A DNA stretch of 64,000 bases from Octopus vulgaris (GCA_951406725.2 OX597823.1:115878001-115942000), one strand, 5' to 3'; positions 41,756 to 56,199 are shown, counted from the stretch's first letter. Made by a program: numbers and translations. The notes: generated by a model from the sequence alone, not told the origin.

Positions 41756-42182
41756 TACTCTTTTACTTGTTTCAGTCATTTGACTGTGGCCATGCTGGAG
41801 CACTGCCTTTAGTCGATTGAGCAAATCGACCCCAGGACTTATTCTTTGTAAGCCTAGTACTTATTCTATCGGTCTCTTTTGCCAAACCGCTAAGTTACAG
41901 GGACGTAAACACACCAGCATCGGTTGTCAAGCAATGTTGGTGGTGGAGGTGACAAACACAGACACACAAACATATACTCACACACACGCACATACATATA
42001 TATATATATACATATATACGACGGGCTTCTTTCAGTTTCCATCTACCAAATCCACTCACAAGGCTTTGGTCGGCCCGAGGCTACAGTAGAAGATACTTGC
42101 CCAAGGTGCCATGCAGTGGGACTGAACCCGGAACCATGTGGTTGATAAGCAAGCTACTTACCACACAGCCACTCCTACACCT
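41756..42182 (-). mobile_element. SINE family A
   Basis: Reverse complement of family A. Confidence 0.85.
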
Positions 42183-42399
42183 ATTGTTTATAATATTTTC
42201 CTATTTGAATTTTTTATGTTTCAGCTCTCAAAATTATGCGGATTTGCCTCTTGTCATAATTATTTTGATGCAAATTTATTCTTAGTTTATAAAGATTCTA
42301 GTCTTTATTCATATATTTCCTATTTTGTCTTATTGTTTCCTATCCTCTCTGTATAATATCTCCGCCAGTATTTTAAATCTCTTTAGTATATCATATTTA

Positions 42400-42622
42400 T
42401 GTATGAAGTACCAGAAATGTGTACAATATATCACATTTACATATGGTATATATAACAGTTATGATTGATATATCACATCTATGTAAGATATATATATCCT
42501 CCAATGCATAATACATCACAACTGTGTATGATATATCACATCTATATATGATGTATATCATTTGTGTGTAATACATCACAACTGCAAATGATATGTCACA
42601 TTTATATATGATATATCACATT
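42400..42622 (+). repeat. Degenerate minisatellite built on atatatcacat(c/t)ta and aatacatcacaactg units
   Basis: About four diverged ~60-bp units are visible. Confidence 0.65.
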
Positions 42623-43278
42623 GGGAACAAGAAGTGATTTCATGGCAAGATCGTTAAATGTAAAAGACTGCTAAAGTAAAACATTCATTTCTCAACATCT
42701 TGTTAAATATTAAGATATATAAATATACCGTTGCCATGGTGCCTTGCAACACATTTGCTCTGCTGACTTTCAGTTTTTCGCTGTTTACGTCTATTTAACA
42801 ATTTTTTTTTCTAGATCTTTAGAAGTTGAAGTAATTTTTAGAAATTGATTCCATCATTTTATTCAAATAAACAGAACTTAAATTTTTTTTCTTTTTCTTT
42901 AGGTTTTTTTTCTTTTTTTCTTTTTCTTTTTTTGTTAATGGAATTTTATTCGCATCATTCTTTCATTATACTTTGATGAATATGAAGTAATTTATGACCC
43001 TTGTAGCAATGATCAATGATAACACATAAGAATGCTGAAAAATATTCAAGAAAAGCCAGCAATGTATCTGACTGCAATATTTACTTCATGTTTGTCAAAG
43101 AATGTTATTGCAGCATACGTAGCAACAACAACAACAACAACGATAATAATGATAATGACGATAATAATAAAACAGACTACTATGGAATCAACAGCAACGA
43201 ATATATATATATATAATATACACATACATACATTACATGTATATATGCATATGTATGTGTATTTATCTTTATATATTA

Positions 43279-43368
<90 letters not shown>

Positions 43369-44049
43369 ATGTATTTGTCATCATCGTCATCTTAATGTCC
43401 ATTTGCATGGGTTAGACAGACAAAATCTATTGAGGCAGATTTTTTACTGCCAAATACACTTCCTGCTACCAACCCTCACCTGTTTCCAAGAAAGATAATA
43501 TTTCTTCACAGGCAGACGTTGTCACAGAATCTGGAAAATGAATGACATTGCTTGTACGACAGTGGCACTCATTTACAACTAGTCAAACATAATCAGAAAC
43601 ACAAACATAATCAGAGTCAAACATAATCATAAACACATACATATATATCTATATATTATTTAATATATACACAATATTTAAATATGAGCCACTAATAGTT
43701 CCTTGCCATGGAAACACAGTAATTTGGCTGATTTATGTAGCATATCTTGTGTCGCCAAGCAACCCTTCAGGCTGAATACACATGGTAGATTTCATTTGAA
43801 AAACAGGACACTGGTCTATGAGTAAACATGACAAAATATAAGAAGAGGGTTGATACCAAAAGTGAAATGAGAAAAAAAAGGTGAATAAAAATAGAAAAAG
43901 AAGGAAAAAGAAAAAAACTAAGAATTATATCTTCTTTGTACGTCAAGATTACAATTAATCGAACTGGTGTGGATTAAGTCAACAAGAAAGAGTTCAAATT
44001 GTATGAGACTGTTGCTCAATCTGGAGAGGTTGTGGTATTCTCCAGTTTG

Positions 44050-44300
44050 ACAAAAGAAATTTGACCATGTGTTTGCAATTTCTAAAAATTTCAGTTCTGA
44101 AATTAAGGAGTGTGATGGAATTATTAGATCTGAAAAAAATGTGTGCTCTTTCACTCACACACAGCTTGCATATCTTTGATTCCCATACATATGGCATAGA
44201 TTTCCCCACAGTGCTCGACTTGAATGTATGTGGTATGCAATTGATCATTAGATCCCACATGTGGCCAGCCAAATTAGTGGCTTTATTTTTGTCAATGTAA
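44050..44300 (-). mobile_element. Penelope-like ORF C-terminus (downstream of the GIY-YIG domain)
   Basis: KATNLAGHMWDL..CKLCVSERAHI..LLNFRTEIFRNCKH matches the PLE pattern TxLSxHIWxL..CxLCxxEK..LNxRxE..CRH. Confidence 0.72.
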
Positions 44301-44448
44301 ATCATGTATGGGGTTTCATTTCTTTTTGCATCAACTGTCTTCTCATTTATTGTCATGTTTTCTCACAGATCAATATCCTGTTTTTCTAATAAAACCAGCT
44401 ATGTGTATGCAGCCTGAGGGATTGCTTCGAGGCATGAAACACACAAAT

Positions 44449-44536
44449 CTGGGCAAGTGTCTTCTGCTATAGCCTCAGGCCAACCAAATCCTTGTGAGTG
44501 GATTTGGTAGACAGAAACTGAAAGAAGCCCGTTGTA

Positions 44537-44589
<53 letters not shown>

Positions 44590-44830
44590 GTGTGTGTGTG
44601 TGTATGTTTGTGTATGTTTGTGTGTCTGTGCTTGTCCCCCCCAACATTGCTTGACAACCGATGCTGGTGTGTTTACGTCCCCATAACTTAGTGGTTTGGC
44701 AAAAGAGACCGATAGAATAAGCACTAGGCTTGCAAATAATAAGTCTTGGGGGTCAATTTGTTCAGCTAAAGGTGGTGCTCCAGCATGACCACAGTCAAAT
44801 GACTGAAACAAGTAAAAGAGAGAGTAAAAG
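44449..44830 (+). mobile_element. SINE family A, 5'-truncated
   Basis: Family A body and tail. Confidence 0.8.
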
Positions 44831-45326
44831 AGTATGGCATAATTCTTCAATTATGACGAACACTATTCCTGCCCCTTGCACGACACTAAAACCTTTTCGT
44901 CCATTATATAAATCACAGTTCAGCAACGACTGGTAAACTGATATGCATAAATATAAATGTAAACATCTTAATAACAATAAAATGTCTATCAACGAAGTGC
45001 TCATTTGGTTTGTTATGGAATGTCACACAGCTAACTAATACTAACCAACAATGACCCATACTACAAACCAACAAAATTAGCTAAATGTCTCCTTCTCAAA
45101 ATTCCTGGCTTTGTGCCTAAATCGGAAATTACTGTTACACCGAATATTCTTTTATTCATTTTTGATTGTGGCCATGCTAGAGCACTGCCTTTCAGTCAAA
45201 GAAATTGACTCCTGGATTTATTCTTCATAAGCCTGGTACTTATTCTGTTGGTCTTTTTTGCTGAACTGCTAAGTTACAGGAACATAAAAACACCAACATT
45301 GGTTGTCAAGCGATGGTGGGGGACAA

Positions 45327-45361
<35 letters not shown>

Positions 45362-46699
45362 CATACATACATACATACATATATATATGTAGTGGTTGGC
45401 ATTAGGAAGGGTATCAACCTGTAGAAACACTGCCAGATCAGACTGGAGCCTGGTGCAGCCTCCTGGTTTCCCAGACCCCGGTCAAACCATCCAACCCATG
45501 CTAGCATGGAAAACGGACTTTAAACGATGATGATATATATATATAGATATATATATATATATATATACACATATATATATATATATGCACGATGGGTAGT
45601 TTCCATCTACCAAATCCACTCATAAGGCTTTGGTCAGCCTGAGGCTTATAGCAGAAGTCACCTGTCCGAGGTACCATGCAGTGGGACTGAACCCCGAACC
45701 ATGTGGTTGGGAAGCAAGTTTCTTACCACACAGCCACTAGGGATATTGTTGATTAGTTAACATTTAATTAAAATTGCACCCATGTAATTTTAATTTTCTT
45801 CATTTGTCCAAAGTATTGTGAGAGATCTTACCATTGCATGTTTACTAAGCTACTGTAGCAAGAACAGAAAATGGTAACTTGTAACAGTAAACTGTGACTG
45901 TTGTGAGAGCAGATGTCAGTTGATGTGAAGAGGTGTTTTGACATCCAGACATTAGCTTCTCCATCAGATATGTCTTCGAGCTAAACAACAAATGACAGAA
46001 ATGATCTTTACTAGCTTTTCTTTATGAAAAATAACTCTTTAATTAATTGCAAGCACAAATAAATAACAAGAATATCTCTATAATACAAGAAGAATGAATA
46101 TGTGTGCACGTAAGTACACACACACTCATTTTAAATACCTTTATATATTTATCATCATCATAGCACCAGCACCATCACCACCACCATCATCATCATCATA
46201 TCCGCTTTTCCATACTTGCATGGTTTGGACAGAATCTGTTGAGGCACACTTTCTACAGTTAGATGGCACTTCTGTTGGCAACCCCCATCCGTTTCCAAGT
46301 AAGGCTATATTTCTTCCTGCCCAGACATATTCTCACAGAAGTTTTGGTAACAAAGGACATCATTTACATGACAGTGGCACTCATTTGCATATATCATGTG
46401 ATGTTAAGACAACCAGATTTTAAGACACCTACCCACCCATACACATATACATATATATACATACATACACAGACACATATGTGTATATATATATATATAG
46501 AGAGAGAGAGAAAGAGAGAGAGACACACACACACAGTGGGCAGGAGTGAACTTGAAACCATATTCTTGGGAAGTAAATTTCTCAATTACACACGTCTACA
46601 CACACACACACACACACACATACAACACATACACTCACATTAACCATTTTTATAAGTCTTATTGCTTAATTCCTGGTTGACTGCATTCTTAGATGGGGC

Positions 46700-46915
46700 A
46701 AATGTCTGTGATTTAGTACAGAACAATTATTGCCTGATTTGCGAACTCCTTAAGTGACTGCTTTACAGTGAGCTTGTGGAAGGCAAGCACATGCAAGGGA
46801 GACAGAGGGAAAATGCTTCAAGGACACTCATGAAACCTCACTGAAGCGTTTTGAGATCAATCCTGACACATGGGAAACACAAGCACAACACCGCCCTGCC
46901 TGGTGAAGATGCACC
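46700..46915 (+). mobile_element. RTE/BovB-like LINE C-terminal fragment
   Basis: K*LLYSELVEGKH.QGRQR..FKDT..SLKRFEINPDTWETQAQHRPAW, with a frameshift. Confidence 0.68.
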
Positions 46916-47035
46916 AACAGTGGTGCCACCTCCTATGAACAGAACAGGTTTGCAGGAGCACATAGAAAACTTGAACTACACGAGTTCAGAGCCAACTCCT
47001 TTCTTTCAGTCCCAGAAGATCACCAGTGCCCCATC

Positions 47036-47091
<56 letters not shown>

Positions 47092-47094
47092 CAG

Positions 47095-47285
47095 TCGCCA
47101 TGATAGATTGGTAGCCACTACACACATTTTTTTCTCTCCTTGTTTCTTTCTGTGTTCCTTTCTGAGAAAGAGCATAGGCTCGAAACGTAAAAGTCTTTTT
47201 CAATTCCCGAGCGTTATACTAATACATCTGTTTGTTTTCTACACCACCTGTCTTCGTCTTTTGTTTTGTTTTTCATGAATTCTCC
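47095..47285 (+). mobile_element. Family P Penelope-associated terminal repeat
   Basis: Homologous to 24410-24586; contains CTGAGAA-A-GAGC-ATAG-GCTC-GAAACGTA. Confidence 0.72.
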
Positions 47286-47306
47286 ACATATATATACATA
47301 TGTATA

Positions 47307-47526
47307 TGAGGGGTTGCTGAAAAATTCCTGGCTTTGGATAAAAGAAATTACAGGAGGATCAGTTAATTAGGATTTTATTCACTATATTCCCCTCTCAGAT
47401 ACACACAGCCATTTTGGCAGTTCTTCAGTTTTACTAAGCTCTTTAAAAGAACATGGAAGGTTGGGCCACCAACAATGCCATTACAATACCCTTAAAGCCA
47501 GGAAGTAACTTTTCAGCACTCCCTTG
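47307..47526. mobile_element. Mariner-type MITE (second copy of 12999-13215)
   Basis: TA|TGAGGGGTTGCTGAAAAATTCCTGGCTTT ... AAAGCCAGGAA..CTTTTCAGCACTCCCTTG|TA. Confidence 0.78.
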
Positions 47527-47823
47527 TATGTCTATACATACTGTTTCTATCTACCAAATTCCAGTCACAGTACTCTGGTTCACATGAAACTCTGGTTGCC
47601 AAGCAGTGGCATTGAATCTTCAGCAGCAGGTTTGCTAAACAGACTTCTAACCACACAGCCATGCTTGTGTCAGCTATCAATAACATGGACTCTGAAGATA
47701 TTCATGCCATTATTTATCTTCACAAATAATTAATGTATTAATTTGAATAAAGAAATGTCAGTAGATGTTGTCCTACAAGATACTGCGATGTCTGTATCCA
47801 TCCATCCATCCATACATGCGTAC

Positions 47824-47854
<31 letters not shown>

Positions 47855-47862
47855 CATACATG

Positions 47863-48650
47863 AATTCATGGGTATGTTGTCCCGAAGCTTGAAGAAGACA
47901 GTAGAATTGACACTAAGCATAGCTTCTCTTGGACACAAGACCACTACATCACATCACACTTTGAAGGCAAAGCGTTTGCAATCCAGGAACAGGAGTTTGC
48001 CACAAAGTACCTGGTGAACAAGAGAGAGAGTGCGACGGTCTTGTAATCCCAAGGTGTAACTGCATGTGTGGACTGTGTCATGTTTCTGTGGAAGACATCA
48101 TGCATGTGTTTAGCAGCTGTCTTAAAATGTCATCTTGGTACTACCTCCCCATGTGGCACATTGAGGTTTTTCAGACAATTTACAATGCCATCTGCAAAAC
48201 AGACTGTCCTGAAATAAATTTATAAAATCCCTCTGTTATGGAATACATTCATAAACACCAACTCAAGGAATACTGGTGGAATATTCCCGTTTAAACTTCT
48301 GTCAAATGTAAACATAACAGACCAGATATTGTTGTTTGGAACAGAGGGACAAAGGTACGTACCATCGTAGAGGTCAGCTGCCCTGCAGATATAAATATCT
48401 CTTTGAAAATCAAAGAAAAGGAATATATCTATGGACAACTGCTTTGAAACCTCCAGCTTCTATATCCAGACTATGAATTCATATTCATACCAATAATAAT
48501 TGGAGCACTGGGTTTTCTTAGTAAATGCTTAAAGGCATTTCTGGATAAACTGGGATTTTCAGAAAGAGAAATCGACCAGCTAAATTGTACATTACAAGTG
48601 CAATTTGTGAGTGGAACAATAAAAATATGCAAGGCTTTTCTCAGGCTCCA
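47863..48650 (+). mobile_element. RLE-type LINE 3' fragment (NeSL/R4/HERO group)
   Basis: SHFEGKAFAIQEQEFATKYL, CGLCHVSVEDIMHVFSSC (knuckle) and WWNIPV*TSVKCKHNRPDIVVWN..IVEVSCPAD..KIKEKEYIYGQL..IPIIIGALG, with in-frame stops. Confidence 0.82.
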
Positions 48651-49169
48651 AATGTGAATCTGTCTGTGTTAACTACATCCCAAAGATGGAGCCATGTATC
48701 TTTGTTGGAAACCGGCTCCCTCCACAGTGGAAGGTTTATAATAATTTTTAAAGATAGAAGAGACATACATACAAACATCATCATTTAAAATCCCTTTTTT
48801 CATGCTGTCATCGGTTGAATGATTTGACAAGTACAAATGAGCCAGTGGGCTCCAACAAATTCTGTGTCTGATTTGGCATAGTTTCTACAGCTGGACATCC
48901 TTCCTGATGCCAACCACTTTACAGAGTGAACTCAGTGCTTTTAACATTGTTCCTGCACCAGTGAGGCTGCCAAGTACCTGCAAGAGAAGATCCTTCAGCT
49001 GAGCAGGGTATATCAATACTTAGCAGAAGCAACAGAGCGAAACAAGGTTGAGATTTTCATGCATTGGCACTTATCAAACTTGATGAGTGCCTCTGTTGCT
49101 TATGCTAAATAATAAAAATGTATACATACTCATATTTTAAGTTATTTTTCCTGCTTGCATCACTATACC

Positions 49170-49232
<63 letters not shown>

Positions 49233-49250
49233 ATATATGTATATATTTGT

Positions 49251-49300
<50 letters not shown>

Positions 49301-50109
49301 ATATATGTATATATTTATATATATCTATATATATAAATATATACATACATACATACACACGTGTGTGTATGTATGCATGCATATATGTATGTATATCTAT
49401 ATCTATCTCTCTCGATATATATATATATCATCATCATCATCATCATCATTGTTTAACATCTGTTTCCCATGCTAGCATGGGTTGGACGGTTCGACCGGGG
49501 ATCTGGGAAGCCAGAAGGCTGCACTAGGCTCCAATCTGATCTGGCAGTGTTTCTACATCTTGATGCCCTTCCTAACGCCAACCACTCCATGAGTGTAGTG
49601 GCTGTTTTTTATGTGTCACTGGCACAGGTGCCAGGCGAGGCTGGCAACGGATATATATATATAAATGCACACACAAATACAAATTTTGACATGTTTTACT
49701 GTTTCTATTCCTATATTGTTTTACGTATTTCCATCATTTGACTGTGACCATGCTGGAGCACCATCTTTTGTTGAACAAATTGCCTAAAGGACTTCCTCTT
49801 TGGAAGCCTAGTACTTATTCTATCAGTCTATTTTGCTGAACCACTAAGTTATGGGGATGTAAACACACCAACGTTGGTTGTCAAGCAATGGTGGGGGACA
49901 AACACAAACGCACAAAAATATACACATATACAACAGGCTTCTTTCAGTTTCCATGTACCAGATCCACTCACAAGGCTTTGGTCGGCTCAAGGCCATAGCA
50001 GAAGACAGTGGGTGGCCCAAAATGCTCTATAGTGGGACTGAACCCGGAACCATGTGGTTATGAAGCAAATTTCTTACAACACAGCCATGCCCATGTGAGT
50101 GGTTAGTTC

Positions 50110-50480
50110 TTCTTCCATACACCATTTGTTGCCAATCTGTAACATGTCTTGGCATCTCCTCCGTAAGATGCCACAATTTCGAATCTGTCTTCACTCTTTC
50201 ATCCCAAGTCATCATCGGTTCCATTCTTCAACGCGTTCCATTCACTTGGAACATGTGGCTCTTCCGTATACAACTTCCTTCCACCATACACATCACCACA
50301 TCACATGTCCACACTAATGCAGTCTTCTATCCTTCACACCACACCTCATTCCTCCTCTATTCAGTTTCTCACCCTCTCCCTCTTCCCCCCTCTCTCTCAA
50401 CTCATTTGTGCTCCATCCTTCAAGCACACTTGCATCACACATCCAGCAGAGCATGCTCACTTTATTCATACGTGCACATG
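50110..50480 (-). mobile_element. Old RTE-like LINE 3' fragment
   Basis: Decayed GHV..NGTR..MTWDERVKTD, resembling 6540-6700. Confidence 0.5.
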
Positions 50481-51392
50481 TCCACATACCTATATTTGTA
50501 TATGTTTATCTACACACACACACATGTGCACACCTTGTGTGTATGTATGTTATATAACTCATGTATAGCTACATGTATGTATGCATGTATAGAAGTCCTA
50601 CACATATACGTATAATTTCAAATTATCATTATGAAACTTTCCAGATCCCAAAAGCTTAAACTTAATCAGCTTTGCCTCCTTCTGTCATCTAAAGTGTCCT
50701 GTGTCAATCACATTTTGCTATGAATTTAACTTAAGTGCTACTGTCGATTTATATATGTACGTATTCATTTATGCTTTTTTACTTTTATACGGTCTTATAC
50801 ATACGTATTGGTCTGTTGTTTTCCTCCGTGGTGTTTTTACTTTCCGCCAGAGAAAAGAAAGAGAAATTGATCTGAGCCTGTTTTGTTGTTGTTAGTTTGG
50901 TGAAGGTAGGGTGAGTGGGGGGGTGGTTAAGATTCGGGAAGGTTCGAGGTGAGGTTGAGGAGTGGGTGGCACGATGTTGTAATTGACATTACAACTATCA
51001 ACTTAATGGTTAAATCTGACAATATTGGCGCCTTTTTGACTGATAGCAATGCTCCGATAAACTTGTCAAAATCTTATTGATTTCCATTCCATTGAGATCT
51101 TTTTTTTTTATTATTTTACTTTCAGTTTGTGTATGAGTGTAAGTGTATGTACACGTGTGTGTGTAATTTATAAATATATACATATATATACATATACACA
51201 TGTATATATATATATGTATATATATGTATATATATGTATGTATATATATATATACATATATGTATATATATACATACATATACATACATATATATACGTA
51301 TATATATTTATAATATATATATATATCAATATATATATATATATACATATATATTTAACATATATGTGTGTGTATATATATATATAAACATA

Positions 51393-51444
<52 letters not shown>

Positions 51445-51589
51445 TATACACACACACATACACACACAATATAAGTATACTGTAATATGGGAATTGGTAA
51501 ATTCCTAAAAGAAAAATATGAAAAACACTTTAAATATAGTATTAAAAAAATTTAAATAAATTAAGTAATATATATATATATATACATAT

Positions 51590-51657
<68 letters not shown>

Positions 51658-52781
51658 AAGTCATCTTTGGGATTGCGTGTGTTGGTGTGGGACTGTGTGT
51701 TGATCAGTGAGATGAATAGGTAACTAAACAAAAAAATTAACTCTCTAGATTGAGGTGTGTGTACTTGTTACTGTACATCCTTACATTTGTGCATGTGTCT
51801 GTGTGCATCTCCACATAAGTGTCTGCATGTGTTTCTCTGTCAATCTATGTCCCTGCATGTGTGTGTGTGTGTGTGTGTGTGTCTATGTGTGTGTTTGTGT
51901 GTAGGAAAACATTGTTGTGTATACTGGAGTACTTAAGTAAAATTACAGATGAAGAATTGTCGAAGAATTCCTAAAGTAGTGGCAGAGACTTACAATAGAG
52001 GTCAATAGAGATTGTGGTTATGTGTGTGTATGTGTGTGTGTGTGTGTATTTATCAGTGGAGATATTTATATTCAATATGTGTGTATATATATATACATAT
52101 GTATCAGTGGATATATCAGTCTGTCTAAAGCATCTTATTGGAACAATAATTAGAGTAAGAAGCAAAATACCAAGTGACATTTTTCCTCATTGCTTATGTT
52201 CTGTGTTCAAATTTCCCCTGTGACAATTTTGCTCCTTGCAATTGATGAGGCAGCACCAATGCCGGGTGGTGGAATTATAAGAAGACTGGGCAAAAATGGT
52301 TTGCAGTATTTGTTCTCGGTCTTAATGCTCTGAAGTTCTTGGCAATTATAGTGAACTGTTCTGCATGTATCCCACATGGTTATGTCTTCTAGAAAACGCC
52401 AGGTGAGAGGCAATGAGGAAACAATATTTGTATTCTCCTATGTCTGCTGCATGAAAAGCAAATGGTAAATGACAGGGAAGTCAATGAGCATCGTTCTTCA
52501 AACTAATGCCACAAAGAAGAAAGGAACTGTGGGCCCCTATGCATCAACATATACATGTTTGATCATGTGCAAGTCTCTCTACAAATCTGTGTGCTACAGT
52601 GGGAGTCTGGTGGGAATGTTACTACGTTTATGTATATCTCTATGTAACTTTTCCCTCTCAGGTATGGGTGTGTATATATGTATAAAAATGTGTGTATACG
52701 TGTGTGTGTGTAAAAACATCAAAAGAGAAGCAATGAGGAAACAATGTTTATATTCTCTTGTGTGTCTGTGTGTGTGTGTGT

Positions 52782-53353
52782 CGGGTTGGCAGAATCGTTA
52801 GCAGGCCAGGCAAAATGATCAGCGGTATTTCGTCTGCTGTTAAATCTGAGTTCAGATTCCCCCCTGAGGTCAACTTTGCCTTTCATCCTTTCGGGGTCGA
52901 TAAATTAAGTACCAGTTACGCACTGGGGTCGATATAATCGACTTAATCTGTCTGTCTGTCCTTGTTTGTCCCTTCTGTGTTTAGCCTCTTGTGGGTAGTA
53001 AAGAAATAGGTACTCTGTCTGCCATTACGTTCTGAGTTCAAATTCCACCGAGGTCAACTTTGCCTTTCATCCTTTCGGGGTTGATAAATTAAGTACCAGT
53101 TATGCACTGGGGTCTATGTAATCAACTTAATCCGTTTGTCTGTCCTTGTTTGTCCCTTCTGTGTTTAGCCCCTTGTGGGTAGTAAAGAAATAGGTACTCT
53201 GTCTGCCATTATGTTCTGAGTTCAAATTCCACCGAGGTCGACTTTGCCTTTGATCCTTTCAGGGTCAGTTAAGCACTGGGATCGATGTAATGGACTTCAT
53301 CCCTTTGTTTTCCCCCTCTATGTTTAGCCCCCTGTGAGCAATAAAGAAATAAA
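52782..53353 (+). mobile_element. Head-to-tail trimer of SINE family B
   Basis: One headed unit plus two headless units, joined by the identical junction aaagaaataggtactctgtctgcc. Confidence 0.85.
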
Positions 53354-54713
53354 TTCCATTACGTGTGCTCAATGGGAAGCAAATGGTACTTCACACACAC
53401 ACACACTCACATCAGGTATGAGGCAATTAGAAAGCCAGAGCTGGCACTTCATTCAACATTCCTGAGACTTTTTCTGAAGAAATACACAAGTTTTATTATT
53501 AGCAACATGTTGTAATATAAAATATTCATATACATTCATATCATCATCATCATCATCGTTTAGCGTCCGTTTTCCATGCTAGCATGGGTTGGACGGTTTG
53601 ACCAGGGTCTGGGAAGCCAGGAGGCTGCACCAGGTTCCAGTTTGATCTGGCAGTGTTTCTACAGCTGGATGCCCTTCCCAACGCCAACCACTCCATGAGT
53701 GTAGTGGGTGCTTTTTACGTGCCAGCGGAGGCTGGCAAACGGCCACGATTAGTTGGTGCTTTTTACATGTCCGTGACACGGATGCCAGTCAGGCGGCGCT
53801 GGCATCTGCCACGTTTGGATGGTGCTTTTTACGTGTCACTGGCACGGGCATCTTATGTCACCAGCGTAAATATTAATATTCATCAAATGTATATTCCATG
53901 TAGTGTTGAAATGTATGTAATAAAAGAATTCATTTAATATAAATTACCTTATAACTTGTAAAATTGTAATGGACGGTGGGGTGGAGAGGGTTATGTTTGA
54001 AGAGGGAGGGAGAGGATGATTGGAGTGAGGTGGATGTAGCTAAATGACCTTACAGCAGCTGTCATTCACAAGAACGCATTCATCAATCCATGACACACAT
54101 ACATACACAGAGGTATCTATGCACAGGTGCATAACTTATACAGTCTATAGCTCTCAGCAGTACCTCTGTCTACATCTCTCTCCATCAATGTCTCTCTTAC
54201 ACACACACACATCTTCATACATAGATGCAACCTCTCATTGACAAAGCCAAAATTGTTGCGGATGATAACCAAATAAACAATGTGTACACTCGTATGTGTA
54301 TAGATAAATAGACGTGTGTTTGTATGTGCTTATAGGCGTGTATGTATATATGGACGTATATACATACACACCTATATATGGACGGCTAACTGGCTTCCGT
54401 GTCGGTGACACGTAAAAGGCACCATTCAAGTGTGATCGTTACCAGCATCACCTTACTGGCACCTGTGCCGGTGGCATGTGTATAAAGATTCAAGCAAGGT
54501 CATTGCCAGTACCGCCTGACTGGCACGTAAAAAGCACCCACTACACTCTCAGAGTGGTTGGTGTTAGGAAGGGCATCCAGCTGTAGAAACTCTGCCAAAT
54601 CAAGATTGGAGCCTGGTGCAGCCATCTGGTTCGCCAGCCCTCAGTCAAACCGTCCAACCTATGCTAGCATGGAAAGTGGATGTTAAACGATGATGATGAT
54701 ATATATTATATAC

Positions 54714-54744
<31 letters not shown>

Positions 54745-54813
54745 CACCCACACACATATATATTGATATATATACACAGACACCCCCCACACACACACAT
54801 ATATATATATATG

Positions 54814-54846
<33 letters not shown>

Positions 54847-54849
54847 ATG

Positions 54850-55310
54850 TGTGAAGATTTTCTCATCGGTAAAGAATCAAGGCATGCCATGTTTGCAAGG
54901 ATTTTTAACCTCATTAGGTAACCATTTCGCATAGTCTGATGGTTTTCTTGTGACTCGGCTGACATTGAATGTCATTGTGCACTGCAATCCTGCTCACCTA
55001 CTCCAGTACCTAAAGTTCTTTGGTGATGGCCTTCATCGATTTTCCAGGATCATCCTTGATAATATTTTGAACCAGTTGAATGAACTGTAGCATCTTTAAT
55101 GTGTTTGACTGCTTAGAATGCTTTTATTTTCTTCTTTGATACAATTGAAACATTCCTGCTAGAGGCCTCCACTTCCATCTAAACTTTGTGTACAAAGCAT
55201 TCTTGCAACATTCAAAGGTTTGCCATTTCTAAATCATGACTAACTTGTCTTTTCATTTCTGCCCATACCGGGAGTTATTCAGTCTGACAGGATCAAACAA
55301 GTTGACAGAC
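54850..55310 (-). mobile_element. Second maT/DD37D-type transposase 5' fragment, heavily decayed
   Basis: Minus strand HDLEMA..KHSKQSNT..QNIIKDDPGKSMKAITKEL..SAESQENH..FFTDEKIF parallels ORF 781-1530. Confidence 0.68.
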
Positions 55311-56167
55311 CACGTTTTGCTCAAAGATCTCAGTTTTTATATGGCCTCTACATATTAGTTTCAAATTTAAACACAAGGCCAGCAAGTTTGTGGGAGGGGG
55401 TAAGTTGATTACATAGCCCCCAGTGGTTAACAGGTACTTATTTTATCAACCCCAAGAGAATGAAAGGCAGAGTCGACCTCGGTGGAAATTGAACTCAGAA
55501 TGTAATGATGGACAAAATACTGCTAAGCATTTTACCCAGCATTCTAACAATTCAGTCAGCTCTCTGCTTTATGGTTTCAATATATTGATGTCCTTCTTAA
55601 TTCCAAACCCTTTACAGCATCTACTGGGTGCCTTTCTCTTGACAACACCACTGGTGTGGTTGCCTTGTAGCTTAAAAATCTTTTACAGGGCCAAAATAAC
55701 CCTGATGAGTACAAGGAGAACTGGAGAGGAGTAGTGGTGATTTTTTTTTAGGTGAGGCAATGAGTGAGAGAGAGAGAGAGAGAAAGTAATGATAAGAACA
55801 GACTATTACATCTCTGCATAAACATGCATGTGTATGTGTGTGTGTGTGGAACTGCATGTTACATATCTTTGTTTATACAGGGATACACAGTGTCTTATGT
55901 ATAAAACGATGTTTGCCTTTGCAGTTACAATTCAAATCCAGTAGTCTGTGTGTTAAATCAGTCATTCATTCCAGATATTGATTTAAAAACAGCAAACTAT
56001 GATGATGCTGGTGGTAGTGATGGCAGTGATGGTGATGCGGTGGGGAAGCAACAAAACAATATCTTTACAAAATATTTAATGATGTGTATATACCGGCATC
56101 TAACTTACTTTTATTGTGTGCATATAAAGTTCGACATATATATATATACATATGTGTAAGTATACAT

Positions 56168-56199
<32 letters not shown>

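Noticed and set aside
52200-52410. Possible exon ending at cag|GTGAGA (52403)
   Set aside because: No similarity to the expected AGBL4 sequence, no clear acceptor, and stops in the plus frames examined.
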